A DNA stretch of 64,000 nucleotides, taken from Spirochaetia bacterium. Its GTDB lineage: Bacteria; Spirochaetota; Spirochaetia; UBA9216. The translations under genes and the position numbers were made by a program. Where the stretch lies: assembly GCA_963675665.1 (NCBI GenBank), contig OY776510.1:4256001-4320000 (forward strand), in the 5' to 3' direction. Under the pieces are notes generated by a model. The model did no database searches, was not told the origin of the DNA, and was given only the letters and a program-made list of their open reading frames with translations. The number at the start of each line of letters is the position of its first letter. Within the stretch, counting starts at the first letter, position 1. Shown here piece after piece: positions 39,685 to 49,128 of the stretch.

Positions 39685-40458
39685 TCACCCTAGCAGCCGG
39701 TAAAGTCTCTTTTCAATCTCAATCGATGTTTCCGATTCAAGGGTCCGGCCGGAGTGCGGGTCATTGTTGGTAATATGTTCGAGTATTTCAGCAGGTTTGC
39801 CGGGCGAGAGCACGAAAATTTCATCGCCGAGAAGAATTGCCTCATTTATATCATGAGTGACAAATACGGAGGTTCTGCGGTCTTCAACCCAAAGCTTCGT
39901 GAACAACTCTGTTAAATTTATTTTCAGACCCAGATCAAGCGCCTGAAAGGGTTCATCCATCAGGATGGTATCTGCCGGATAGGCAAAGGCGCGGGCAATT
40001 GCCGCCCGCTGACGCATCCCCCCTGAAAGCTGGGCCGGATAATAATCCATAAACGAACCCAACCCTACAAGCGTCAGGTAATGTTCGGCTGTTTTGCGAC
40101 TATTGACGGCCCCCAAGTGCTTATTCAGTACAATCTCAATATTTCGCCGTACAGAACGCCAGGGAAGAAGACGGGGTTCCTGAAACAATACTGATATCCG
40201 TCCTTTATCGTTTTCCGAACGCCCGGCAGCATCAATATAACCGGAACCGGGTTCAAGCAGACCGCTGACAAGATTTAAAAGCGTTGTTTTTCCGCATCCT
40301 GACGGACCCAGAATTACGCTGACTTTGGCCGCAGGCATTTTCATGCTGAAAGCCCTGAACACCGGGTCCTTCGCTGTATCTGGATATGCAAAGCTGATAT
40401 TATCAAGTTTAATTCCGAAGGTTTCTGCATCGGATGCTTTTCTGTTATTTTCAGGCAT
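39685..40458 (-). CDS. NitT/TauT-family ABC ATP-binding protein
   Basis: GPSGCGKTT, FQEPRLLPW, LSGGMRQR. Confidence 0.92.
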   Translation of the reverse strand: MPENNRKASDAETFGIKLDNISFAYPDTAKDPVFRAFSMKMPAAKVSVILGPSGCGKTTLLNLVSGLLEPGSGYIDAAGRSENDKGRISVLFQEPRLLPWRSVRRNIEIVLNKHLGAVNSRKTAEHYLTLVGLGSFMDYYPAQLSGGMRQRAAIARAFAYPADTILMDEPFQALDLGLKINLTELFTKLWVEDRRTSVFVTHDINEAILLGDEIFVLSPGKPAEILEHITNNDPHSGRTLESETSIEIEKRLYRLLG

Positions 40459-41218
40459 CTGCGGGCTCCCACTTTCTTCTTTTTATTAATAAATCAAGCA
40501 GAAATTCCGACAACCAGCTTAGTATTACAGCAACCACTGTCCAGGCCATGACTTCAGCAGTCTCAAGGTTCATCTGGGAAAATTGAAGCCCGGTACCTAC
40601 TGCGCGTACCGGCTGACTGAGCACTTCCGCCGCAATTACTACCTTCCACCCCACCCCAATTGCGGAACGCAGCCCGCCAAGAATAAACGGCATAACCGAA
40701 GGAACTGTTATTTCCCTGAAGACCTCCGTCCTCGAAAGCCGGTAAGAAACACCGAGTTCAACAAGCTTTCGATCAACGCCCTTCACCCCCTGTTTGACAT
40801 TCGCGGTCAGAATCGGGAAAATCATAAGAACGCAGACAAAAACCGGAACAATATCCGTACTGAACCAGATCATTGCCAGCAGAATAATAGACATAACGGG
40901 AACGGTTCTCGTTATTGAAATAATCGGCGACAGCAACGCGTCAATTTTCGAACTGCTTCCGCAACCGATTCCGGCTGCAAAACCCAGAACAAAAGATATT
41001 ATAAGCCCGTAGGCAGTCCTTAAAACCGTAGCCCCGACCGCCAGCCAGAACCCGGAATCGATCATAATTGAAAGCAGCCGGAGAAAAACAGTCTCCGGCG
41101 CGGGCAGAATAATATCGGTTCCGATATGTATGGACACGAATTTCCAGATAAACAGAAATCCGGCAGCCGATAAAAATCCGATAATTCGTTTTTCAGTTTT
41201 CGAAGTAAAAACCTTCAT
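40451..41218 (-). CDS. NitT/TauT-family ABC permease
   Basis: RTVPVMS, GWKVVIAAEVL. Confidence 0.9.
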   Translation of the reverse strand: MKVFTSKTEKRIIGFLSAAGFLFIWKFVSIHIGTDIILPAPETVFLRLLSIMIDSGFWLAVGATVLRTAYGLIISFVLGFAAGIGCGSSSKIDALLSPIISITRTVPVMSIILLAMIWFSTDIVPVFVCVLMIFPILTANVKQGVKGVDRKLVELGVSYRLSRTEVFREITVPSVMPFILGGLRSAIGVGWKVVIAAEVLSQPVRAVGTGLQFSQMNLETAEVMAWTVVAVILSWLSEFLLDLLIKRRKWEPADA

Positions 41219-42179
41219 CAGGCAGTTTCCCTCCAACGGAAACCGGATCAAGTTCAAGAAGCATACTGAGGAAGTCCTCAACATCTGCTCTTGAATCAGC
41301 TGCAGAGATGAACTGAATACCGCTTACCGGTATTGCAGGTTTTGCTGCGACAGCAGTCATGATTCCGATTTCTTCAATTGCGGCCGATGCCTCATCAGGA
41401 TTCGAGACTACCCAGTTAATGGAAGCTTCAAGCGCAGATACAATTTCTGCAGCAGCTTCAGGCCTGGCCTCTATCAGTCTTTCACTCAGCACAAACACAG
41501 TAAAGGGAAATGGTTTCTGCGTTCCGCGAATTTTCATCAGTTCCTGCTGAGGGTCAAGTACTATACCTGCTTTTGTATTCGTTTCAGCCATCAGGGCAAA
41601 CGGCTGCGGAATAAAAGCTGTATCCGCCTTGCCGGCGGCAAGCAGCTGAACAATCTGGGGCGGAGTAGACGTGAAATTCAGCGTCACATCTTTTTCAGGA
41701 TCCAGACCGTTTTCGATAAGCAGGTATCTAAGCAGGTAATCAGGAGTAGCTCCCTTTCCGGTAAGATATATTGTCTTGCCCTTCAGTTCAGGCCAGTCGG
41801 TTACCGAAGAATCTGAAGACAGCATATACAGGGACCCGACCCCGCTGACTGCCGCCAGTTTGTACCCTATCCCTTTTGTATAAAGCTTTGCCGCGGTGTT
41901 TACAGGTAAGAATGCGGCATCAATCTCACCGCTGGTCATTTTGGTAACGGCATCAAGCGGCGAACCCAGCAGAATGTATTCAGCGTTTACATTATAACCC
42001 GGCTGAAATTTGTCTTTCATCATTTCAGCTGCGGCAAAACCGGAAGGGCCTTTCAGCGCTGCGATTGTAATATTCACCTCAGCCGGCGCTGCTGCTTCCT
42101 GTGAACCTCCGGCAATCATGCCGAAACATGCAATGGTAAAAAGAACTGTTGTCAGTAAAATAATTTTACCTCTTTTCAT
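41193..42179 (-). CDS. NitT/TauT (NMT1/THI5-like) ABC substrate-binding protein
   Basis: Spirochaetal signal (AGGSQE), LKGPSG, GKGATPD, PQPF. Confidence 0.85.
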   Translation of the reverse strand: MKRGKIILLTTVLFTIACFGMIAGGSQEAAAPAEVNITIAALKGPSGFAAAEMMKDKFQPGYNVNAEYILLGSPLDAVTKMTSGEIDAAFLPVNTAAKLYTKGIGYKLAAVSGVGSLYMLSSDSSVTDWPELKGKTIYLTGKGATPDYLLRYLLIENGLDPEKDVTLNFTSTPPQIVQLLAAGKADTAFIPQPFALMAETNTKAGIVLDPQQELMKIRGTQKPFPFTVFVLSERLIEARPEAAAEIVSALEASINWVVSNPDEASAAIEEIGIMTAVAAKPAIPVSGIQFISAADSRADVEDFLSMLLELDPVSVGGKLPDEGFYFEN

Positions 42180-42216
42180 TGTTTTTCCCCTTTGAATTTA
42201 ATTTGGATTTTAGGCA

Positions 42217-42477
42217 TTAACTCTTTGAAATGCCGGTTTTGATACTGACCCCCGGAATTCGTCCGATCTTTCCGCTGAGCGCTCCTATTTCATCAGTGGT
42301 AGCGTGCAGGATCAGCGTTATTATTGATAAACTGCCGCCTTCAAGATTGGGAATCCCCATTCTGCCTGAGATAATTGATGAGTATTCTGTAAGGATTTGC
42401 TGGACAGCAGAAGCATTCTTTTCCCGGTCTTCAATTATTATACCGGCAAATGCAAATCTGCGTATCTGTTCGCTCAT
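42217..42477 (-). CDS. TM1266-family (iron-only hydrogenase system regulator-like, ACT fold) protein
   Basis: GIIIEDRE..VQQIL..IISGRMGIP..IGALSGKIGRIPGVSIK. Confidence 0.8.
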   Translation of the reverse strand: MSEQIRRFAFAGIIIEDREKNASAVQQILTEYSSIISGRMGIPNLEGGSLSIITLILHATTDEIGALSGKIGRIPGVSIKTGISKS

Positions 42478-42491
42478 GTATCCTCCCCGAA

Positions 42492-42565
42492 TGATTAATT
42501 ACGAGGAAGGTTTGTCTTCCGTGTCACCTCGGGTCAGTAAAAACCTTCCTTCAGAGCTGATTAAG
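42492..42565 (-). ncRNA. Candidate structured 5' leader upstream of the TM1266-family gene
   Basis: 10-bp stem AGGAAGGTTT/AAACCTTCCT enclosing ACTGACCCGAGGTGACACGGAAGAC, located between a TTGACA promoter and the RBS. Confidence 0.4.
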
Positions 42566-42605
42566 ATTACATGTCCATGACCTTAATTGTCAATCTGTAT
42601 TTTTA

Positions 42606-43343
42606 TCAATTAGATAATTTTTTAATGAATTCATTCATTTTTGAATCGAGTGAACTGTAAATAAAATGAAGGAGATCATTCTTGCAGCTCCCGGGCATTG
42701 GTTCGCTGAATTTCAGGATATGAATGACACTTCCGAAATTCCGCTCAAGAATCTTTTGTGCATCAATTTCAACCGACTTTCCGTTAAGACTTAAAACAAC
42801 TCTGATTTTTTGATCGACAGAAATTTCATCAGCCTGCGAGGTACTGCACGAAAGACCGGAAACACTGATATCGTGCACAACACTCGGATACTCCCCTGCA
42901 TCTGTTACAATCTTCATTGATGCAATATTGTCATCAGAGCCTCCGTAGCGAACAAAATCTCTGCGCCCTTTCCCGCCAAGTTCAACCAGCATCCGGTTTA
43001 ATTCAGCTTTAAAATCGTTTTTGTCTCCCTGGTAATGAATTGAACGTGTACATAATCCACAAAGCGGCTTTGCATTATCATATAGAGCGACTGTTTCGGG
43101 CAGAACTTCTGCAGAAACTCCGTTGAACGCTTCATTTATTTCTTCGGGCAGCCAGTCCAGATCGTTGTTGATAAGATTAATAATTATAATACTGCCCGGA
43201 TAGTACTCGACAAGAGGCTTTATCTTCTCATAATCATAGATATAATATACTTCAAACTGATTGCGAAGCGGACCGTAAAAAATTTCCCTTAATTCTTCAT
43301 CCGGATAAAGGACAAATATTTTTTTTCCTGTTATATCCCGCAT
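42606..43343 (-). CDS. PilZ-domain protein
   Basis: RRDFVR (RxxxR) and DISVSG (DxSxxG) motifs. Confidence 0.8.
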   Translation of the reverse strand: MRDITGKKIFVLYPDEELREIFYGPLRNQFEVYYIYDYEKIKPLVEYYPGSIIIINLINNDLDWLPEEINEAFNGVSAEVLPETVALYDNAKPLCGLCTRSIHYQGDKNDFKAELNRMLVELGGKGRRDFVRYGGSDDNIASMKIVTDAGEYPSVVHDISVSGLSCSTSQADEISVDQKIRVVLSLNGKSVEIDAQKILERNFGSVIHILKFSEPMPGSCKNDLLHFIYSSLDSKMNEFIKKLSN

Positions 43344-43423
43344 AATGAAAGACTAATCTTAATATCATACAAAGGCAAGTAATTTTTTACTTGAATTATT
43401 TTGATAAAAAAGTTAAATTCCAA

Positions 43424-43580
43424 AGGTAAAGGGGAGTAGCTGACAGATAATCATTCGTATTTTCTGTTTTAATTATTCGTCAGGACGGCTTATGCCCGGG
43501 TAATTATATTCCTTAGGAAATGCAAGACCTTTACCTGAGTTTTAACCATATGTGATAAAATTCAGGTAAAGGTCTTTTTT
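43424..43580 (+). ncRNA. yybP-ykoY (Mn2+) riboswitch with terminator
   Basis: AAAGGGGAGTAGC ... CGTCAGGAC ... GCAAGACCTTT; overlapping terminator AGACCTTTACCTGA...TCAGGTAAAGGTCT-T5. Confidence 0.9.
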
Positions 43581-43616
43581 ATTGTCAGAAATATCTACAA
43601 GGCTTCAGGAGAAGGT

Positions 43617-44612
43617 ATGGAAGAATTTATTGTTTCACTGGTTGAAGGACTACCGATAGTCCTGCTTTTTGTTATAATCTTCGGGGTACTCTATGTTCTT
43701 GGAAAGGGAGCTGATTTGCTTGTTGATGAAGCAGTAACGCTTTCTGTAAAATGGGGAATCCCGAAAGTTCTTATAGGGGCAACGGTAGTCAGCCTCGGCA
43801 CCACCCTTCCCGAAGCCTCAGTCTCGGTAATGGCTGCAATAAAGGGAAATCCCGACCTTGCACTTGGTAATGCAGTGGGTTCAATTATCTGCGATACCGG
43901 CCTGATAATCGGGATTGCCGCAATAATCTCTCCGCTTGTTCTGAATAAAAAACTTGTAAACAGGCAGGGATGGCTTCAGTTCGGATCGGGAATCCTTCTC
44001 ATAGCCGTATCTTTGCTGGCCGGCGCATCTGTTCCCCAGGTTGCCGGTTTTATATTCCTTGCGCTGCTGGTCCTTTACATGATAATTACCGTCCGCTGGT
44101 CACGGGGCTCTGACAAGCCGCAATCTGAAGGGCTTGAGCATCAGGATGAAAGCCCTATTTACCTTGTTCTTTTAAAACTGGCTATAGGTGTGGCATTGAT
44201 AATTGTTTCTTCCAAAGTTCTTATTCCTACGGTCGGGGTTACGGCAATGAAAATAGGTATTCCCGAAAGTATCATTGCTGCGACCCTTGTCGCTTTCGGT
44301 ACATCGCTTCCTGAACTTGTAACAGCCGTATCGGCGGCAAGACACGGTCACGGCGACCTGGCAATTGGGAATATAATCGGCGCCGACATACTGAATGTAC
44401 TTTTTGTTGTGGGGGCCTCTGCCGCTGTTACACCGCAGGGTCTGCCCATTCCTGATTATTTCTTCTCGCTTCAGTTTCCTGTAATGATGGGAATTCTTTT
44501 AACTTTCAGATTAATCACACTTTTTGCCAAAGTTGAAATCAAACGATGGCACGGAATCATGCTGCTTTTAATGTATACAGGATATACAGTTATAAGCTAT
44601 GTTATTGTATAA
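43617..44612 (+). CDS. Ca2+/Na+ antiporter (CaCA, YrbG-like)
   Basis: Two alpha repeats: GTTLPE..GNAVGS and GTSLPE..GNIIGAD. Confidence 0.9.
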   Translation: MEEFIVSLVEGLPIVLLFVIIFGVLYVLGKGADLLVDEAVTLSVKWGIPKVLIGATVVSLGTTLPEASVSVMAAIKGNPDLALGNAVGSIICDTGLIIGIAAIISPLVLNKKLVNRQGWLQFGSGILLIAVSLLAGASVPQVAGFIFLALLVLYMIITVRWSRGSDKPQSEGLEHQDESPIYLVLLKLAIGVALIIVSSKVLIPTVGVTAMKIGIPESIIAATLVAFGTSLPELVTAVSAARHGHGDLAIGNIIGADILNVLFVVGASAAVTPQGLPIPDYFFSLQFPVMMGILLTFRLITLFAKVEIKRWHGIMLLLMYTGYTVISYVIV

Positions 44613-44615
44613 AAC

Positions 44616-44650
44616 AAAAAACCGGCCCAATATATTTCAGGCCGGTTTGA
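44616..44650. terminator. Bidirectional terminator between convergent genes
   Basis: AAACCGGCC...GGCCGGTTT stem. Confidence 0.55.
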
Positions 44651-44675
44651 TTTTTAATCAGAGAATTCTGATTTT

Positions 44676-45968
44676 TTAAAGAAAAATCTTTAAAAGAAAT
44701 AAAATCCCTACAATATAAGACAGTATCGAAATTTCCTTGTACTTACCTGTAAAAAGTTTCAGTAGAATCCATGACAACATTCCGAACATGATGCCGTCGG
44801 CAATGCTGTAGGCAAGCGGCATAATAATTATTGTAAGAAATGCCGGAATTGCTTCAGTAAAATCGCTGAAGTCAATATCCTTTACAGGACTCATCATGAA
44901 GAGCCCGACCAGGATTAAAGCCGGAGCAGTCGCGGCTCCGGGAACCATCAGAAACAATGGAGAAAGGAAGAGCGCTACAACAAAAAGAACTGCCGTTACA
45001 ACCGAGGTAAGCCCTGTCCGCCCGCCTTCGGAAACGCCCGATGCACTTTCGACATATGTAGTTACTGTGCTTGTTCCCATTACGGCACCAAAGACCGTTC
45101 CGATAGCATCTGCAAACAACGCCTGCTTTACACGCGGAATTTTACCGTCTTTATCAAGAAGTCCGGCTTTTGTTGAAACACCTATAAGCGTTCCGACGGT
45201 GTCGAACATATCAACAAACAGGAATGTAAAAAGAACAACCAGCATATCGACACTGAAAAGCTGAGAGAAATCAAACTGCCAGAATACGCCCTTTGGAGAC
45301 GGAGGAAGCCAGCTTCCCGACGGCAGCTGTGTTATTCCCATGGGAATACCGATAATTGTAGTAATAACTATACCGATTAGAAGTGCGCCCCTGATCTTTA
45401 ATGCAAGAAGCACTCCCATTATGAAAAGACCTATAATGGCAAGCAGGCCGGGTCCACTTGTCAGAGAGCCTATGCCGACAAGTGTTGCATCATTGTTAAC
45501 AATAAGGCCTGCGCCCTGAAGTCCGATAAAGGCGATAAACAAACCGATTCCGACCGATACAGCCTTTTTAACATTAGCCGGAATACTGTTTATTATCGCT
45601 TCGCGGATATTCAGGAAGGTAAGAATGATAAAAATTATACCCTCGATAAAAACAGCTGTAAGTGCCATCTGCCATGAATAGCCCATTCCAAGCACTACGC
45701 CGAATGCAAAAAATGCGTTCAGCCCCATTCCCGGGGCAAGCGCAAACGGTAACTTGGCCCATAAGCCCATTACAAGCGTTGCCACAGCCGAAGCAACAGC
45801 GGTTGCGGTAAAAACCCCGCCTGCATCCATTCCTGCCGCAGCAAGAATTCCCGGGTTGACAATGAGAATATACGCCATTGTCATGAATGTTGTCAGCCCT
45901 GCAACAACCTCTGTCCTTATTGTTGTTCCATGAGCTCCGAGCTGAAAGAAATCGTTTTTATTTGACAC
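44676..45968 (-). CDS. NCS2/AzgA-family purine (guanine/hypoxanthine) permease
   Basis: TTFMTMAYI, APGMGLNAFF, FDTVGT, TYVESASG, GGRTGLT. Confidence 0.93.
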   Translation of the reverse strand: MSNKNDFFQLGAHGTTIRTEVVAGLTTFMTMAYILIVNPGILAAAGMDAGGVFTATAVASAVATLVMGLWAKLPFALAPGMGLNAFFAFGVVLGMGYSWQMALTAVFIEGIIFIILTFLNIREAIINSIPANVKKAVSVGIGLFIAFIGLQGAGLIVNNDATLVGIGSLTSGPGLLAIIGLFIMGVLLALKIRGALLIGIVITTIIGIPMGITQLPSGSWLPPSPKGVFWQFDFSQLFSVDMLVVLFTFLFVDMFDTVGTLIGVSTKAGLLDKDGKIPRVKQALFADAIGTVFGAVMGTSTVTTYVESASGVSEGGRTGLTSVVTAVLFVVALFLSPLFLMVPGAATAPALILVGLFMMSPVKDIDFSDFTEAIPAFLTIIIMPLAYSIADGIMFGMLSWILLKLFTGKYKEISILSYIVGILFLLKIFL

Positions 45969-46049
45969 GATTTGCTCCTTTAAAAGATTTTTTTATCTGC
46001 TGCGCCGACCCGAAAGCAAACGGAACACGCAGCAAAGGAGCATACGGTT

Positions 46050-46124
46050 CCGATTCGAAGTCAGGTAATTTACGGTTACCCGGTAGAGACTTGTCGGCCA
46101 TATTCCGACGATTATACGAACCGG
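46050..46124 (-). ncRNA. Purine (guanine-type, C74) riboswitch aptamer
   Basis: TCGTATAAT-CGTCGG-AATATGG-CCGAC-AAGTCTCTACC-GGGTAA-CCGTAAA-TTACCT-GAC; downstream TGCTCCTTT can pair with the RBS AAAGGAGCA. Confidence 0.92.
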
Positions 46125-46145
46125 CTGCTGATTATTGAACATTTG

Positions 46146-46174
46146 ATATTAAGATGCCGATGACCGGATGTCAA
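46146..46174 (-). promoter_or_regulatory. Sigma70 promoter of the purine riboswitch/permease
   Basis: TTGACA-N17-TAATAT. Confidence 0.65.
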
Positions 46175-46203
46175 GGAATTCGTGATTTTTCATCATTTTA
46201 TGC

Positions 46204-47067
46204 TCATCCGTAAAAATCAAGAACCTCCATAGCCCGTTCAGTTATAAACAAATCGCCGTATTTCCTGTTTCCGAACGGCACCGCCAGCCGGCCCATGCTG
46301 CGCTCCATTCTCCAGCCGCCCTCAACCTGTTTATTTTTAAGCAATTTAACAGCCTTGTTGAGCCTCCTGTCCCTTACCCCTTCCCTTTTAAGCAGCCAGA
46401 GAATTTCAAGGAGGTCGCTATTGTACATATGCGGAAACCCCAGCTTGCATATTGAAGGATGCAGAAACTTTGATTTATCATGTGAACTGAAACACACTTC
46501 GTGCAGCAGGACATAATCTATGCATTTGGATAAAAGACTTTTTGCATTGGCAGTGCGGCTTTCTGCGGATAAAAACGACAACCCCTTCAGGATCTTGATT
46601 ACACCCCAGTAACATGTATGAGGGCCATAACAGCTGCGATTTCCGTAGTATGGGGGGTCGGCCGGTGTCTTATAATCCCCGTCGTCAAATCTCTGATATT
46701 CATTAAAAAAACTAACAATCCCGTTTACGGCTATATCATTTTCGAATCCGAAATATGAATGCAGATAGAGCATGTTTCCGTTCAGGCAGGGGATCGGGAA
46801 ATGACTCCTGCCGATCGTGTAAATACCGTTTTCATTATCGTAAAAACTTCGGGCAATCAAGTTAAACGGTTTTTCAGGGTTATATGTCCGGCATTTTAAA
46901 TCAGCCAGTAGAATCAGGGTCCACAGCGTGGATTTATACTTAGGGCAGTAATGTTGATAATCAGGATAATACTTGTCTCCCGGCTTCAGAACATTCCAGC
47001 ATCCGTTTTCATCCTGTTTACCATATATTTCCCGTATAAGAATATTTCTTTTTTCCTCAAGGTTCAT
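46204..47067 (-). CDS. Hypothetical protein, prenyltransferase/squalene-cyclase-like repeat fold
   Basis: KQDENGCW and KQVEGGW QW-like motifs, PKYKSTLWTL. Confidence 0.6.
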   Translation of the reverse strand: MNLEEKRNILIREIYGKQDENGCWNVLKPGDKYYPDYQHYCPKYKSTLWTLILLADLKCRTYNPEKPFNLIARSFYDNENGIYTIGRSHFPIPCLNGNMLYLHSYFGFENDIAVNGIVSFFNEYQRFDDGDYKTPADPPYYGNRSCYGPHTCYWGVIKILKGLSFLSAESRTANAKSLLSKCIDYVLLHEVCFSSHDKSKFLHPSICKLGFPHMYNSDLLEILWLLKREGVRDRRLNKAVKLLKNKQVEGGWRMERSMGRLAVPFGNRKYGDLFITERAMEVLDFYG

Positions 47068-47075
47068 AATTTTTT

Positions 47076-47699
47076 CTATTCCACACTGAATCTCAAAACT
47101 GTTTTTAGATTTTGAGGGTCAGTTTTTCTTGCGTCGGAAAGGTAAATTTCCCTATGGTTCTTCGATAACCTCTTTAGTCCGTTCTCTTCCGAAAAAGATT
47201 CCATCAATTTAAAACTTTCCGGTTCATCATCGTATGGGCCTCTATGAAGCATTTGTACACATTTGCCCTCATCAATTGCCGAAAACCTGACATCTTCAAG
47301 CAGCCTGTGCGGTTTATTTTTTTTTGTTCTTGTTATAATTTCACCCGCGAACTCGTCACTGACAAAATCAGGCTGCCTGATCATCAGGGAAAAAGCGAGC
47401 TGATTCTTGTCAAGAATACCGTTGAAGGCGGCCTGTCCTTCAGCGGTCAGGCTCCATACTCCTTCGAGAGGATAAACAGTATAGTCATAATATCCGTCAG
47501 GAGCCAGGTTCTTTTTGGGACTCATCTTTACAGCATATGAGAGGGAATATAATATTCCGATATACTCGCTGAAGAAATCATCATTAGGGTTACCGCTGCC
47601 GTCGATCACAAAAAAACTCATTTTCGGTATTTCAATATACTCCGGTTTTGTCTTCGGCAGGTAATACTGTTTTTCATTTTTTTTCCATTCATGCTTCAT
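47076..47699 (-). CDS. GyrI-like small-molecule-binding domain protein
   Basis: IDGSGNPN, VYPLEGVW, MIRQPDFV, HRGPYDDEP, HREIYLSD. Confidence 0.85.
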   Translation of the reverse strand: MKHEWKKNEKQYYLPKTKPEYIEIPKMSFFVIDGSGNPNDDFFSEYIGILYSLSYAVKMSPKKNLAPDGYYDYTVYPLEGVWSLTAEGQAAFNGILDKNQLAFSLMIRQPDFVSDEFAGEIITRTKKNKPHRLLEDVRFSAIDEGKCVQMLHRGPYDDEPESFKLMESFSEENGLKRLSKNHREIYLSDARKTDPQNLKTVLRFSVE

Positions 47700-47855
47700 G
47701 CTGTCGCTCCTTGTATGAGCACTATATAACATTATACACGACAACAGTATGTCATAAATTACGTTTGAAATACCAAAACCGGACGGGAATATCTGTAAAT
47801 AATATGATAGAATGGAAATTAATCAAGTTTGGAGTTTTCTATTGTAGTGAAATAA

Positions 47856-48827
47856 ATGAAAAAATCGATTATTCATAATTATAAAGTTTATATAATGATC
47901 TTATTGCTTCCCCTGTTATTTGCATGTAGCCAAAATAACACTGAAGATGAAAAAGACGATATTAAGTGTGATTTTACTTTTATTATAATTTCAGATTTGC
48001 AGACAAGGATCCCCGGTTTTCCGGATGATCCCTGGTATGACAGCAGAGGAAATATTAAAAATATTGAAAAAACCATAAAACTGATTAATAAAAGTGAAAA
48101 GGATTCGTCATTTCTTGTAGTCACCGGAGATCTTGTAGGTTGCCTGTTCAGCGAAAACCCGGATGATTACGGCATAGGGATTCTGAATCCCGCTGAAAAG
48201 ATGCTGTCGCTTATGGGAGAATTGCAGCTGCCCTGGTACCCTGTTCTTGGAAACCATGATTATCAAAAGGGATTCGACACAGTCAGGGGCGAAGGAATAA
48301 CAACAGATAATCAGGAGGCAATTGAAGCCGTATGGAATAAACTGCTGAACATTCCTCCATACTATTCGGAAATATACAAAGGAGTTAATCTGATTTTTTT
48401 AAACAGCTGCCGGGGAGACGCTAATATTCTGAGTTGCGTCAGCAAAGAAGTTGAAAGGATCTGTACAGGCTCTTTTGACAGTGAGCAGCTTGAATGGCTT
48501 GCAAGCGAACTTGAAAAAGAAGAACCGGCAATACTTTTCTGTCACCATCCGCCCGAAACCGATGATCCGCTTGTAATGTGGAGTTTTTCATCTATGTTTA
48601 CGATTCAGGATGGGGATAATTTTTATGATATCACTTACCAATATAGAAATAAAATCATGGGAATTTTCGCCGGTCATGGACACCTTTTTCAGAAAGATAT
48701 GCTTCATGAAATAATTCCGGTATGTGAAACCGGGTCTTTGGGCGATAAATTAGCGGAACCGGAAAGATACACAAAAGTTTATGTTGATCTTGTGTCCGGG
48801 TCTCTGCAATTTGTATGGATTGAGTAA
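47856..48827 (+). CDS. Calcineurin-like metallophosphoesterase lipoprotein
   Basis: Lipobox LFAC; SDLQ, TGDL, GNHD, HHPP, GHGH. Confidence 0.85.
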   Translation: MKKSIIHNYKVYIMILLLPLLFACSQNNTEDEKDDIKCDFTFIIISDLQTRIPGFPDDPWYDSRGNIKNIEKTIKLINKSEKDSSFLVVTGDLVGCLFSENPDDYGIGILNPAEKMLSLMGELQLPWYPVLGNHDYQKGFDTVRGEGITTDNQEAIEAVWNKLLNIPPYYSEIYKGVNLIFLNSCRGDANILSCVSKEVERICTGSFDSEQLEWLASELEKEEPAILFCHHPPETDDPLVMWSFSSMFTIQDGDNFYDITYQYRNKIMGIFAGHGHLFQKDMLHEIIPVCETGSLGDKLAEPERYTKVYVDLVSGSLQFVWIE

Positions 48828-48885
48828 ATTGTTATTTAACATTCTGCCGTACTGAAAAAATCACATAAAATTTTCATTCCCGGGT

Positions 48886-49128
48886 CTAATAATCAATGCC
48901 GGCAGCCTGTACATTATCGGGATCAAAAGCGTGACAGGGAACAACTCCGTAAACCATATTGCAATGCGGACATTTATCTTCGAACGTTGACATTTCAAAT
49001 TCTTTTCCGCATTCGATACATTTGATTTCAAAGGGAACCGGCATCATTTGCTCTGCGAAGCCCATCATCCTTACTTTATCTACCGTTTGTGTTCCGTTTT
49101 CAAAAACTCCGCTGCATCCTTCATGCAT
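48886..49128 (-). CDS. Small Cys-rich (zinc-ribbon/rubredoxin-like) protein
   Basis: CIEC...CPHC plus MHEGC and PCH; start overlaps the upstream stop. Confidence 0.75.
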   Translation of the reverse strand: MHEGCSGVFENGTQTVDKVRMMGFAEQMMPVPFEIKCIECGKEFEMSTFEDKCPHCNMVYGVVPCHAFDPDNVQAAGIDY

